Positions 44,976 to 58,288 of a stretch of DNA of 64,000 nucleotides are shown here, in pieces. The stretch comes from Lama glama (Eukaryota): contig CM052817.1 in assembly GCA_028534125.1 (NCBI GenBank), positions 2,792,001-2,856,000 of the forward strand. The letters are read 5' to 3'. How positions within the stretch are numbered: position 1 is the stretch's first letter; each line of letters starts with the position of its first letter. The position numbers were made by a program, and so were the translations under genes. The notes beneath the pieces are model-generated. The model was not told where the DNA came from. It did no database searches and was given only the letters and a program-made list of their open reading frames with translations.

Positions 44976-45300
44976 GATACAGCTGCTTCCCTCTGCCCAG
45001 GGCTGCCCCGGCCCGCTGGCCCGATCACTCCAACATGCACAGTAGAAGAAGGCATCTTCCCACAGGCTCGCCTTCCCTCTTCGCCTTCCCGCTGGCTCCA
45101 GGCCCAACCTGCGTTTGAGAGCAGGGAATCTCAGCCCTGCTTGGGGAGCAGGGAGTTGGTCTCCAGCCTCTGGGACAAGAAGCAGGAACTGAACTGGGGT
45201 CGGCCTCTGGCCCCAGCCCCTACCTGCTCTCAGGCCCTCCCAGAGGCCGGAGAGGTCGCTGGCCTCAGCCCAGACCCAGGAAACAAGAGCAGGAACCGGA

Positions 45301-45437
45301 GGGAGGGTGTAGCTCAAGTGGTAGAGCGCATGCTTAGCATACAGGGAGTCCTGGGTTCAATCCCCGGTACCGCCTCTAAAAATAAATAAATAGACCTCAT
45401 TACCTCCCCCCACACAAAAAAAGATGTTTTTAAAAAA
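45301..45437 (+). mobile_element. tRNA-derived SINE, Vic-1-like (camelid)
   Basis: GGGAGGGTGTAGCTCAAGTGGTAGAGCGC...GGTTCAATCCCC, AATAAATAAA, ATTACCTCCCC and an A-tail; imperfect flanking duplication AAGAGCAGGAAC / AAAAGCAGGAC. Confidence 0.82.
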
Positions 45438-45639
45438 GCAGGACTCAACCTTCTCTGTCTGTCTCATTCTTGGATAGGCTGGGCTTTCCCATATGCCCCG
45501 GCTCAATGACCAGGAACAATGAAGCGCTAATGTGCCCGTTTCATACACAGGGAAACTGAGGGCCAGGAGGTCACGTGACAGGCCCAGCGCCAGTGGAAAC
45601 TAGAAGACAGCCCAGAGCCAGGCCTGACAGATGCTGACG

Positions 45640-45840
45640 GCCCCGGGCCACGGTAACTGCGGCCCTGCTGACATCTGGGGCATCGCTCTTGGTCATGGGG
45701 AGGGGCTGCCTTGCCCACTGCAGGATTTTAGCAGCATCCCTGGCCTCTGCCATCTAGATGCTGACCCCAGCTGTGACAGCCAGACACATCTCCAGACATT
45801 TGTCCCTGGGGACAATGGCACCCAGGCTGAGAACCACTCT
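45640..45840. mobile_element. MER20 DNA transposon relic
   Basis: tagcagcatccctggcctctgccatctagatgc...ctccagacatt...ctgagaaccact. Confidence 0.7.
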
Positions 45841-46406
45841 AGGCAAAGGTATTTCTGGATGACACCCTCCCACCCCATCTGTCCTTCCTCTGACCAACTC
45901 CTGGCATTATGCCCGGCCACCCCAAAGTCATATATCCCCCTCCCCTCTGCAGCGGCCCGGAGCCCAGGTGTAAGGGAGGAGCCGGGCCTCCTCACGCCGG
46001 CAAGGTCCCCGCTGAGGACCCGCGCTGGCCACGGAGGACAGGAGCCAGCGAGCCACTCACCTTGCTGGCAGAGCCAGGCCCAGCACTCTGGCTCCCTGCA
46101 CCCCGAGCCCAGCTGGGCCTCACCCTGCACACCACCCATGTGCTTGGTGACCGCAAAGCAGGAAACAGAGGCTCCAGGTGGCTATTTTCACAGCCCCCAT
46201 GACCGCAGGCCGAGTATCAGGGGAGAATTTCACGCCACCCTGTGGGCCCCCAGGGACCAGGAGGCCCCAGAGCAGGGGGGTAGCTGCTCCCACCAGCAGT
46301 CCTTTCCCTTCCTTCCACTGGGAGGCGTGGCGTCTCTGAGCCTGGCTGTCCCCTCCATGGAGTGGGGACAGCAATCTCTCCTGAAGAGCAGCTGTGACGG
46401 TCACTG

Positions 46407-46800
46407 TGTGTGTCCTGGGGCTGCCATGACAAAGTACCACAGACCGGGCAACTTCAAACAACAGTGATTTATTCTCACAGCTCTGGAGGCCAGAGTCTAA
46501 ACCAAGGTGTCAGCAGGGCCAGTCTCCCTCGGGGAACTCCGGGGGCAGCCCTTCCTGCCTCTTCCAGCTCCTGGTGGCTCCAGGCATCCCTGGGCTCCTG
46601 GACACATCACCTCAATCTCTGCCTGTCAGCGGCCTCCCCTCTGTGTCCTCTTGTCTCTCTTATAAGGACACTCATCATTGTATTTAGGGCCCTGCGGATA
46701 ACCCAGCAGGACCTCATCTTGAGATCCTCACATTAATTACATTAAGACCCTCTTTCTAAGTAAGCGTGTGATCAGAGGTTCCGGTGGACATTCCTGCGGG
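46407..46800 (-). mobile_element. MLT1 solo LTR
   Basis: ctgccatgacaaagtaccacagac; ctctggaggccaga; ctcttataaggacact; cctcatcttgagatcct. Confidence 0.8.
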
Positions 46801-48096
46801 GGCCGCGCTCCAGGCCGGCGCACTAGATGCCCACGGGAGGGTGGAGCAGGCTGGGTCTGGGGTTGGTATGGGGGGTGCCTTCCTGCCTGACCACAGCGCC
46901 CTCCTGCCGGGCTCCCCCGGCCTCAGCGAACTGCAGTCCTTCAAGGCCCAGGGTCCTGTCCTGAAGGCTTTCTGGTGTCCTGAGCTCCACCTGCCTCTCC
47001 ACCTCCCCAGCCCCCTCAGCACCCTACTCCAGGCTGGCCTCCCTCCAGCCCAGCCCAGCCGGCAGGGGCCTCTGTCCCGCTCCCTGCACCTCCCGCTTCA
47101 CAGCCTTGGGCGCAGGTGATGCCCAGACCCTGGCAAGGGGCCTGCTGCCTTGGCCACAGGACGTCGGGCGCTGGGTTTCCCTCGCCCCAGCCTCCATGGG
47201 GACCCCTCTCCTGGGCAAGCATACCTCTCCCTCCACGCCCACGCCCACCTCCGCCCCCAGCCTTTCAACCCCACTTCTCGTCCTTCTCCACCAGAAGGTG
47301 AGGCTCTCAGCCCATTGTCTCCAGTGCAGGCTGCCCCTCAGGGCAGGAGCCGAGCTGGCGATGGCACCTGGGACACTGACGCCGCCTGGAAGCTCAGCGC
47401 TGCTGTGCTGGTCACTGGGCCTCGGTGTTTGTTTGCTCAGGGAAGCCCAGGGTGGGTTGGGGGCTATTTTGTGGTCTTGCTCTGGGCCATCATGTGGCTT
47501 AAACTAGAGGCAGGAATTCTCCCACAGGGTGCACGACATAGCTATACTCAGACATCTGTTCATTCAACAAACTCCAGTGCCCGGTCCTCTCCTGCAGGCC
47601 CTGCACAGCCAAGAGCTGGGGACAGAGCTCACCAGGCAAGTGGAGAAATTGCTACGTGTCAGAGGGCCAGCGCCACAACCTGTCCCCAGGCCTGGCCGCT
47701 CAGTGAGCCGGCTGGCCTGTCCTAGTGCTGCATGAGGCCCCGGGGGGCTGTGCAGAGGAGCTGCTCTCAGCACTGAGACCTCTGTGCAACTCACAGTGTG
47801 CCCTGGGGCATGTGTCCCCGCTAGTCTCGGCCTCAGTCTTGCATCTGTGAAGTGGGCACCCCCAGCTCTGCAGCTGGCTCTCCGGATCCCCACCTTGTGC
47901 CGAACACGAGCTGTTTGCTTCTTCTCCCTTTGTTTTTCTGCAAGCTGTATTGAAAGAGGCCCCAGACAGGCTCCAGGGCCATACATGGGTCTGGACACAT
48001 TTCCTCTCCTGGCCATTGTCCCCTGCCATGGCCCAAGACTCCACATCCTGTTTGTCTCTGCAGCTGCTCTTGGCCCAAGGTGGTTTCCAAGAGACT

Positions 48097-48270
48097 CCCC
48101 AACTGTGCCCAGCATTCTTCAACTCTGCAGAGAGCTCCAACTCTGCCCAGCGCCCCCCAGTTCTGTACATTGTACCCTGGCTCTGCAGGATGTACCTCAA
48201 CTCTGTACAGAACACCCCAACTCTGCATTTCCCACCCCAGCCTCACAGACCATACCCCAACTCTGCAAGT
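48097..48270. repeat. Degenerate minisatellite, period about 18-20 bp, core CCAACTCTG
   Basis: About 8-9 recurrences of (c)caactctgc variants. Confidence 0.75.
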
Positions 48271-51200
48271 GTCCCTGAATAGCCTTCCAGAAGAAGAACA
48301 TGAGCCTTTCAAATCAGGGGCTTTCCGAAGTGCGGTCCCCTCGGAGGCTGCTACACAGGGTAGGCCCAGCCCAGCCTTTGGGTCCCTCGGAGAGAGCCTA
48401 TCACTCCTCGGGTCTCAGTTTCCCCCCTTTCAGACGGTGGAGTTGGGCTTGGAGATGTCTAAGTGCCCTTCGAGGTCAGCAGCTCTGACCCTTGCAGGGC
48501 TGTAACAAGTTTCAGTTCTCACTTGCCAAGAAGACGCTGGACACAAAGACAGCGGCCATCCTGGTATATGACCACCATCCCACTGGGCTGGGTAGCAGGG
48601 GGACGGGGGGAGGCAGGACCTCCCCGGCTCACACAGCCCCCAGGTGCCAGGGCAGCAGCACCAGGCTGGATGCCAGGGCCCCCTGGGCCAAAGCAGACCA
48701 CTGACTCTCTAAGGGGCGAGATGTAGCCAGAGCGAGAGCTCCCAGGAACTCCCAGTGGGAAAAGCTGCACCCGTCCCCCGGCAGCTGCTCTGAGGGTCCG
48801 AGGTAGGCCCCCTCCCGCCTTCACTCCTCCTGGACTCGACTCTGCCGTTGCGGGCAGAAGTTTCTCATGGGCCCCCGGACAGCTCCCACCAGACTCCTGG
48901 ACCACAGACACTGGCCCTGGGCTGCAATCCAGAGCCGAGATACAAGGCTGAGAGGTGCCCTGCCTTCTGCCCTCAGCCAATTTTTTACTTTTTGGCTCGT
49001 GGGGCAAATAGCAACAAGAGTGGTCATACAAAGACAAAAGGCAATTGCTAATTTTGTCATGTCATCTCATGGCGTTTCCGGTTCTTTGGGACCATGAGGC
49101 GCCATATCAGCACAGTCTCGGGCCCAGAGAGGTGGCCCAGAGCAACCCCCACGCCCTGCTGGGGCCCCCTGGACAGCCTCCCTGTCACGTGGTCCAGCCT
49201 TTTAGTGGATCCCCTACTCTGCCTCGAGATAGCTCTGCACTTTGAGGTTCAGAGCTGCCCCCACCCCCAGCGATCCCAGCTCCACCATCCCAGCTCCGCC
49301 TTCGTGTCCCCACCCACAAGGGGGCTCCCAGACTAGTTGGGGAGACAGACTTGGAAGGAGACTGAGACAGCACAGTCTGTGCAGCAACAAATGGAAGCCT
49401 GGGAGGGGACGGAGAGGGGAGTGAAATCTAGGAAGGCGTCCTGGAGGAGGAGGCTCCTCCACCGGATCTTGGAGCAAAAGAGACTAGGCAAAGAGAGGGT
49501 GTAAAGTTCTTCCCCGGAGGAAGGCCGCCAGAAGGGCACTTAAGCCCAGCCTGCCCCAGGTATGCACAGAGGATGAAGGCGGTCACACTGTCACCCTGAG
49601 GGTTAATCTTCAACAGGCCATAAACAGTGAATCCCAGGAATGCAGAGGCTGGGGGAGGGGTGGGTGTAGGCTGAGGGAACAGAACTACTCCCTCTGGTCG
49701 TCCCAGCCACTCCTGGCGGCAGCAGCAAGCCACGCCCGGGACTCTGGCAGGGGCAGCAATCGCATTATAGAGGGCCAGAGGAAGTAGGTTTGGCTTTTGG
49801 GGCCTCTATTACAGCCTGAAGACTGCTAGGAAGTGAGCGGATCTGGCCGTGTACCAGTGAAACCTTATCTACAAGACAGGGGCAGGATTTGGCCCCAGGA
49901 GCGGGGCCTTGCCCCAGAGAACTGGGCGGAGTGGGGAATGAGGGGAAAAGCACCTCAGGGTCCCGCTGCCATGCAGGACGCGACCAGCGCAGAGGCAGCC
50001 CTGCCACCCTATATGTTCCCCCTTCGGAGAGTGGCTACGCAGGGAGGGTGGAGCCAGCGCAAGGCCGGAGCCGGGCGGGGCAGCCATGGCCAGGCAGCCG
50101 CAGACCGCCTGTGCTCCACGCTGGCTCGGGGCACAGCGCACGAGGCGGCTCCCTGCCTCCCTCCTCCTGCGGGTCAGGGATGTCACTGCAGGCTCAGAGC
50201 TCAGTTATCCAGGATAACCAAGAAGTGACACTTAAGTGCGCTCCCGGCAAAGACAGGTGATTGGGCAGCCAGATGGCAAAGTCTGTCCCTCAAGCCTACA
50301 AATGGGCAAGAGAGCCCCTCACCCAAGGTCGCAGGAGGGGGTGTCCCCAGTGTTCACACGGTCCACACCAAGCCACACCCCATCACCTCTCCTGGTCTGT
50401 GGGTCCACGTCGGTAAGACACTGAGGTGCCCCCGCTGAGGCAATCTCCCAGAAACACACCTTCCAAGGCACATTCCTGAGCCCTGCCCAGGTCGAAGGAT
50501 CACTAGACCCAAGGTGCCCTCACCAGCTGGTTCCTTCACACACACACACGCATGCACATGCACACGTCTGACCCAGACGCGGCACGGGACGGACACAGGC
50601 GCCTCTAGCCTGGAGCCCGGCACGCAACCGCTGCACCGAGCGCCAGGACTGTGCCTGTGGCCAGCAGGGCTTGGCCTGTTTGTTGTTTCTGGACTTAGCG
50701 GCTGAAGCCAGCCCAGATCAAAGAGGAGCAGGGCCTGGGCCCCGCGATTTCAGGAACTGCTCTTTGCGAAACAGGAATATCAGGACCAAACAGGCTTCCC
50801 AGATGACTGACGGCCACCCGGGCCAGGGCGAAGGCCTGCAGGAAGCGGTCAGCAGTTCCCGAGGTCCGAAGACACACAGCCCCACGCCCCACTCCGGCCT
50901 CGGCCCCGGCCCATCCGGCTCTGTCCAGGCGGGCGCCACCCTCGCCGGGAACTGCTGGCTCTGCCGCCCCGTCACTCCTCCTCGGCCCGCGACAAGGCCG
51001 AGTCCTGGTTGTATTTGTGCCAGGGACTCCTCTGCTTGCAGAAGAGGGGTGCTCCTCGTCAACACCCCAAATAGCACAATGTGGGCACCTGGGGGAATTT
51101 GGTGGGAAAGGATAAACAGGGGAGGGAGGCCCGGGCTGGTACGTCTCCCTGCCACATCCTCAGAGGGACCCCAACCTGCCCACCAGTCCAAAGCAGGCCC

Positions 51201-51819
51201 CTCCTTTAAAAAATGAGGGAGGAGGTTCTGAGCGGCCACACAGCCGGGAGTGGCCATGTCTCAGGGGTCCCTCCCATCACAGGACACACCCCCCCCACTC
51301 CGCAGGACCATCTGCCCGTGAGTGGTGGGGTGACCGGGAGGGGGCCCTAGAGGGGACAACGGAGCAGCAGCTCCCAGGCTGGGTGCCTGCATGTGACTCC
51401 GGCTGCTGCCTTCCCTGGGAGCCTGGGAAGTCACCAAAGCTTATAGATGCAACCCGGGGACACCCTAACGCCCTTGGCCCCGACTCCCCAGAGCACCCAC
51501 ATTCCAGACCAGGGTGGGGAAACTCTGCTGGAATTCTGGACATTCTCGAAGCCCAGTCACCAGGGGGTGGATCTTGAACTTGATTGTGCAAACATTAACC
51601 CAGCCCCAGCACACACTCCCCAAGGGCTCTCGGGGGAGCGACAGTCCTCTCAGCCCAGACCCCCCTCCCTGGAAACGGGGCCCAGGTCACCGCAGGCCGA
51701 GGGGGGCAGGAGAGCTCAGGTGGGAATTTCCACAGGACGCCCCCTCAGCGTCGCTCTGAGCTACGCGGGGGCTGCACGTGGGGGATGCCGGCTCCGGGGG
51801 CACAAACCCGTTTGAGGCC

Positions 51820-52412
51820 CCATTTCACTCGTTTGGCTACTTGTCATCTCTGCTCCTTTCCCAGCAAATCTTCCAGAGCCTTCCACCCTGGTCAGCTCTG
51901 TGCAACCTCCTCAGCTCACCTCACCCACCCCGCTCCCTGAACCTGCCCTCACCCCTGCCGCTGGCACCTGTGTTGCTAATTCTGATGGATGGCGGTCCCC
52001 ATCCTCATCTCACTTGCTCCTCAGGGTCTCTCTTCTGCCCACTGACCGTGCCTTCCTCCTGCCTCTCCTGCTATATCTCTGTCTACACTCACCCTTAGGT
52101 GTGAGCGCAAAGGTCGGGGACTCCTAGAGCCATCTGCCCCCCATTGTTACCCACGACCCCCACATTTGCGCGTCCTCTTCCTGGTCACCTTCTCCTCCAG
52201 GCTCTGACCTCAAACTCCTGCCTGTCTCCCAAGTCTCCCTCCCACTTTGCCTCCTTCTGGGGCCTTGCTGTTGCGGACAAGCCAGTCCTCCCCCAGCCCC
52301 AAGAGCCCTGAGCACATTTTGCTGTGACTGGGTCTCCATCTAGGCTGCCAGTAGGTTCACACTCGAGGACCCATTGCTGGGGCAGTCTGCAAGCATTTGT
52401 TGAATGACTAAC
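51820..52412 (+). mobile_element. L2 LINE relic
   Basis: Pyrimidine-rich degenerate body ending in gcatttgttgaatgac, which resembles the L2 terminus. Confidence 0.45.
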
Positions 52413-53434
52413 AGGTCCCCAGCCAGCCCCTGTTGTCCCTTACCAGGAAGGGGCAGGAATGTGGTCCTGAGGTAGCCAAGGGGCAGGGATGTGTGACAGA
52501 TCTCATCAAGACATCCACGTCTGGGCAACAGTGACCAAAAGAGGACAAAGGCCATCAGGGCTGGGGACCTTGGTGACCAAAGTTCAGGGACAGGGGCCGT
52601 GAGTGGTGGGCTCATGGGAGACCTGTTGGGCTCCTGCCAAAGTGGACCTCCCACCCCAGCTCCTGTCTAGATTTTAGCCTCTAATCATGAAACTAAGGGA
52701 CAGGCAGGCGAGGCCCAGGGATTTCCCAAAACATGAAATTGCAGGAGAAGCAGGGACACAGGTGGCAGGAGAGGCCTGGCAGCCCTCTGCCTCTGGCCTC
52801 CCATCATCACCCACCCCACACACCCAGTCATGCTGCAGGAAGAAGGGAGCTGTCTGCACATCACCACCCTTGGCCATTTCTTGTCGAGGCGGGCTTGGCT
52901 CAGGCTGCTTCCGTGCCCCAAATGCCTTCTCTTTACCCTGGGCTGCCTGGCAAACTCTTACGCATCCTTCCAAACGCTGCTTAACCACCACCTCCTCTGG
53001 GAGCCGTCCCAGATTAGAAGAAGGGGAATGAACGGCTCCTTCTGGTCCCACCATCAGAGCCAGCCATGAGCAGACTAACCTGTGCCCGACACGTGGAGGG
53101 CTCTCTGCTGACGTCTCGTTCAGACTGTCCATTAGCTAACGGGGGATCTGGGTAACTTATTTTAGCTCTCTCAGCCTCCGTCACTCTGACCACGACACGG
53201 GACAACAGTCCTGTCTTATGGGATGGTGCCGAGGTTTCAGATGGGGGCCTGGGTGTACGTGACTTGTTAAAGAGTTTCTCGGTGACACATGGACCAAGCA
53301 ACCAGCCCCTCAGACTCCATGCTCAGGGTCTGAACCCAGGCAGCTTCGGGGCACAGCCTCTGGTCCCTCCACTTATTTAAGTGGCTCTTTTTTTATTTGT
53401 TTTGTTTCGTTTTGTATTGTTTCAGTGGCTCTTC

Positions 53435-53850
53435 TTCTGTTGTTTTTTTAAACTAAACTTCTTAGTTTAAAACAGTTTTAGACTTACAGAAAGGTTGCGC
53501 TGACTGTGCAGACACTCCCCTGCACCCACGCCCAGCTCCCCCACCGCCGTCCCACGTGAATAGGGCACGTTTCATCACAATGGATGAATCAACGCTAATA
53601 CATCACTATTAGCCAAAGTTCCTGCTTCACTTGGCTTCCTTGGTTTCTCCCTAGTGTCCGTAACTGTCCCCAGAGCCCACTGGGGACAGATCGCATCCTC
53701 AGGAATCTTTCTCCTTAGGCAGCTCTGGGCTGTGACACTTTCTCAGATTTTCCATGTTTTTCATGACCTTGATGGTTTTGAGGACCCGCCAGGTATTTTT
53801 GCTGAATGTACTGGAGCTGGGATGTGTCTGCTGTGTTTTTCAGTTCTTTT
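53435..53850 (-). mobile_element. L1MC-like 3' fragment
   Basis: cagttttagacttacagaaaggttgc; acatcactattagccaaagt; tttttcatgaccttga. Confidence 0.65.
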
Positions 53851-55078
53851 ACTGTTAATTTTCAACAAACAAAATTTGCGGCAGGTTTTGGCCCTGAGTC
53901 AGGCTGGACCCGGCCCTCTGCCAGCAGCTGTTTTTCATTAAACTGCACCTGAGCCATCGACCCCCATTCAGGGCCCTGGGGGAAGGGACCGATGACTCTA
54001 AGCAAACAGTGAGGGCTGGGAGCAGACCGTTCCTACCTGTCCAGGTCCTGAAAATATATGAAGTGGTGCGCAGTCCCTCCCAACCAGAAGTGCTAACTGC
54101 TCCCAGGAGACCCTTTGTCACCTCCCAGCTCCGCAGCCCCGGCGCCTGCCAGCGCAGCTCCGAGGGCCCGCGAGGAGAGCAGCGCAGGGGCCGGCCTGAG
54201 GGCGGGTCACCAGGCTGCCTGCAAAACCGCAGTGTTCACCCTTCGGCTGGCGGCCCCACCTCTGGGATCGCAGTGCATGTGACCGCCCACTTCTGAGACA
54301 ACAGGGCTCCGACGGGGCGGGACTCTATACCAGTGACACCTTGGCAGTAACCCAGGTGTCAAATAAATCATGCTGCAGACTCGCACCCAACAGCATGAGG
54401 CCAGTTTCCGTGCGCGGCCCGGGCAAGAGCTCTGAGCCACATTGAGTGGGACAAAAGCAAGATGCTCTGCTACCTTTGGTGTTCTGCAGAGGGATACCTT
54501 CCTGTTTGCTCGTGGTTATAAGAAGAAAGTGGAAGGAGCAGTAAACCGGCTGCAGTGGATGGCTGAGTAGGGGATGGACAGGGGACGTCTCCGGGTGGTG
54601 AAACTCCTCGTGACTCCGGGGTGGTGGGTACCTGGCACTGTGCGTTTGTTAAAAGACATTAAAATTTACAGCACAGAGCAAACCCTAATGTGTGCAAATT
54701 TTAAAAACTGAGGACGGGGATTCCCAGGATGGACGCAGGGTGTGTCAAAGCAGCGAACTGTGTTCATCCCAAACGTAAGACACAGCCTCACCGAAGGGAG
54801 GGGAGTGGTGCCTGCCCACCAGCGCGGCCCCAGGTGGAGCCTGAAGACTGAGCTGAGAGGACTCCCAAGTGCCCGGGGCTCTGGCTGGTCCCGCTCCCCA
54901 GGGGCCCTGGGTTACAGAGGCTTGTGCTCCCACAGTGCAGCCAGCAGGGGAGCGAGGACAGCTCCGTAAATGGGTGGTGGGTGGCGAGTCGGGGGTGACG
55001 GCTCAGCGGTGGAGACACCAGTGTGAAGCCGCGTTCCGCTTGGTTCAGGTGCACACAGTACCTGTAGAAACACCTGCT

Positions 55079-55227
55079 GGGGGAGGGCACAGCTCAGGGG
55101 TAGAGCGCGGGCTCAGCACGCACAAGGTCCTGGGTTCAATCCCCAGTGCCTCCATTAAAAAACATTAGTAAATAAATAAATAAAGCCAATTACCTCCCCT
55201 TCAAAAAGCAAATAAAGTTTTAAAAAT
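55079..55227 (+). mobile_element. tRNA-derived SINE, Vic-1-like (camelid)
   Basis: Same head, B box GGTTCAATCCCC, ATTACCTCCCC and A-rich tail as the other two copies. Confidence 0.8.
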
Positions 55228-55379
55228 ATGAATAGATATATAAATGAAAGAAACAGTACGTATGTGTATAAACACGAGTTAGTATACACATATATACGTA
55301 CTAACTCACAGATAAGTGCACACACACGGATCCGTGTGCACACGGTAGACTCATATACACGGGTTATGCACGGTACATG

Positions 55380-56145
55380 TGCACGTACAGCCCCCAGTCC
55401 TGCCAGCTGAGGGGGCCTAAAAGGAAAGACCCCAGGGAGCAGCAAGCACACTGGAGTGCAAGTGAATGTCGGCGTCGCAGCCCTTTCTCCTACAAGAGGA
55501 ATCAGGACTCTTGAGGGAATGTCTCGTCCTAGGACTGGGCCAGGAAGTATGCACAGAGAACGGGCTCGTAGTGCCAGGAAAGGAAGGGTGTACAGAATGA
55601 ATGAATGAATGAATGAATGAAGGAATGAAGAATGAAATCCCACAGTGACGGGCATGTCGCAGGAGCACGGGGCCAACTGAAAGAGCTCCCAGTGGCCAAA
55701 GCTGGAAAAACTTGGGCCCCAATTAGTTTGTGTTTGAGTATAACCCATGGTCTCTGTCTACCCACAAGCAATCAGCAGACAAGGCATGACTGAGGAACGT
55801 TTTACAAAACACACAACCAAGCTCCTCAAAACAAAACCAAAACGAGGGAAGTCCCAGCCCAGGAGCCCGAGGAGACGCGCTGACTAAATGTCACCTGTGT
55901 CCTGGACGCAATCTTGGGACAGAAAGGGGACATTAGGTAAAACCAAGGAAACCTGAATAAAATAGGGGTTTTCCTTAATAACAACGAACCGGCATTGGCT
56001 CCTAAGTGGTGATAGACGTACCTCACTGTTGTGTGATGTTAGTAACAGGGGAGACTGGCTCGGGGCCAGGAGAGCTCTCTGTGCTGTACTTGCAATTATT
56101 TTGTAAATCCAAAACTGTTCTTAATAATAAAATCTATTTTTTAAA
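55380..56145 (+). mobile_element. L1MC/MD-like 3' fragment containing a (GAAT)n repeat at about 55596-55634
   Basis: gactaaatgt...ggacagaaaggggacattaggtaaaaccaaggaaacctgaataaa; cttgcaattattttgtaaatccaaaactgttct. Confidence 0.65.
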
Positions 56146-57772
56146 GGCCTGGTAAGGTGGAACAGCCTGGATGTGTGTGGAGAGAAGAATTAGGGCCCAA
56201 AGACGCCGGAGGGAGCTGTCCCAGAGGGACTTGCCGTGTGGCCTTGGGTCAGCCTTCCCAAGCCTGGCTCCCCTTACCGTCCCTGAAGCACCAGGGAAAC
56301 CGAGGCAGGCCTTTGGAAGAGACCCCAGCTCCAGCTGCTGCCTGCCAGTGACCTCGGGGCCCCTCTGTGAACAGAGGGTGAGGACGGGTCCCTCCCAAAA
56401 TCAGCTGAGAATTCTGTAAACAACACTCCCGGGGCGGCACCGCAGCCCCTGTAGGGGAGGGCGGAGGGTCACCAGGCTCACTGTAAGGGAGGCTCAGAGG
56501 TGTCCCGCCTCTCCCGGGCCGCAGGGCTGCCCCCTCACCTCCGGGCCAGTCTGCGCAAAGTCCACTGTGCACCCCAGGACAGCGGGGACAGAGCCTCTCC
56601 ACCCGCTGCACCTACAGCCTGTCGTCTCCTCTTGCCCCCTCCCCGTTCAAAACCCAAGCACAGGCCCACGGCTGAGGAACGAGGGGCGGGCCCAGGGATG
56701 TCCAGGGAAGGTGAGGCAGACTTAGAGGCAAGGGAAAGCCAGGACCCGGCCCCCAGCCTCCAGGCCCATGGCTCCTGTTTCCCTCCAGGGTCACGAGCCC
56801 TGGGCTGCAGCTCTGACCGCCTTGGACACTGTACGAAGCCCCAACACGGTCTCATTTTGCAGACACTCAAACTGAGCCACTCACTGCTAGCCGCTCAGCC
56901 AAGATCAGAACGACCAGAAGGCCCAGGGCTGCTGCCTACTGGGTGCCCCAGAGCCCTCCCCTCCCCCCGCCCGTGGGAAGGCGCCTCCCTGCCTCACAAC
57001 TGCCTCCTTGCCAACATCCAGCCTCACCACCAGCTCTTGGCCCCTTTCTCAGACTACCTGAGCACTGCCCTGCTTCTCGCTGCCTGGCCAGGCCGCTTTC
57101 AGGGTGCACCCCTCTCACACACCCTCCCGCGGTCTCACCTGTCCCGGAAGGTGACTCGGCACACTCGGGGCTGAGGGCTGCCGCGAAGGGGCGGCTTCCC
57201 CTGGAACAGACCAGCCAGGGGGCTGGAACTTCCCGGCCAAGGAAGGGAAGAGGGAGGCTCTCCGGGCCCCTCAGGATGGTCCCCGCCGTGCAGTGCCTGT
57301 TCCGGGCAGGAAGGTGCACATTTTCAGCCAGCCCGGCCTCCAGGCTACAATCAGGTGGCCTGAGCGATCAGCCCGGGTCATTGGCTGCACCCACGGCCAG
57401 CCCAGCCCTCCGGGAAGGGGCCGAGTCGGCTCCACTGACCTTCTTCCTACTTATCAGCCATCGGAAGTCAGCAATCCTGGCTCAGCATTCCAGAGCGGGG
57501 CGGGAAGGGGCTGCCCGCTGGCAACAGGGTCTGGTGTGTGCCGGGGCTCTGGGGACACGGGGCGTCGGATGCCACCTCCCTTGTCCCTGTGCCTCAGAGA
57601 GGAGGGAGGCTGGCCCTTGACAGCTGCTAGGCCACCCCTCAGCTGGGCTGAGGGGTGCTCATGACTCTTGCTGGGGCTGTCGCTGGGAGTTCAACAGACA
57701 TTTACTGAGCACCTGCTGTGTGCTGGGCCCTGTGTGAGGCCAGCACTGGGTCTCAGAGGGTGTCCAGAGAGG

Positions 57773-57940
57773 ACGTTTCCCAAACTGGCTCCTCACCAGT
57801 CATCTGGGGTGTCCTTAAAGTTACAGATTCTCGACTCCAGACCCACCACATCAGCACCTTCTGGGGAAGGGCCCAGAAATCTGGATTTTTAACAAGTTCC
57901 CCAGTGGCCCCTGCCATCAGGCAAGTCTGAGCAGCCCTGT
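57773..57940. mobile_element. MER5-like DNA transposon relic
   Basis: tttcccaaact...cagattctc...gggcccagaaatctggatttttaacaagttcccc. Confidence 0.7.
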
Positions 57941-58219
57941 CCCAAACGGCACGTCTACCCTCAGACATTCAAATACGTGGGCAGAGTCACCTGGGGCCTA
58001 TGACTGACACACCTCCCCTAACCCTCCACAGACCCCGGAGCCGCAAGGGTCAGGACCCCGGCTTCCAGGACTGGCTGTGTGACTTGAGGCAAGTCTCTTA
58101 ACCTCTCTGTGCTTCCCTTTCCTTGTCTTTGAAATGGAAGAACACTAGACACTTGGCCCAGCTCATCAGCGTCAGTGAGAATAAGTGAGTTAGTAAGTGT
58201 TGAGGACTCGAAGCAATGC

Positions 58220-58288
58220 CACACACACAAGTACACACACGTGCACACAGACATACACACAGACACACACACATGCACATACACACAT
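58220..58288. repeat. Imperfect (CA)n microsatellite
   Basis: cacacacacaagtacacacacgtgcacacagacatacacac... Confidence 0.85.

Noticed and set aside
45301..45375. tRNA-like sequence (also at 4200-4275 and 55079-55152)
   Set aside because: Each is followed by a shared SINE tail and A-rich end, and the copies are mutually divergent, so they are SINE heads rather than tRNA genes.
48097..48270. CRISPR-like repeat-spacer pattern
   Set aside because: Mammalian context, repeats too short and degenerate, and no cas genes.
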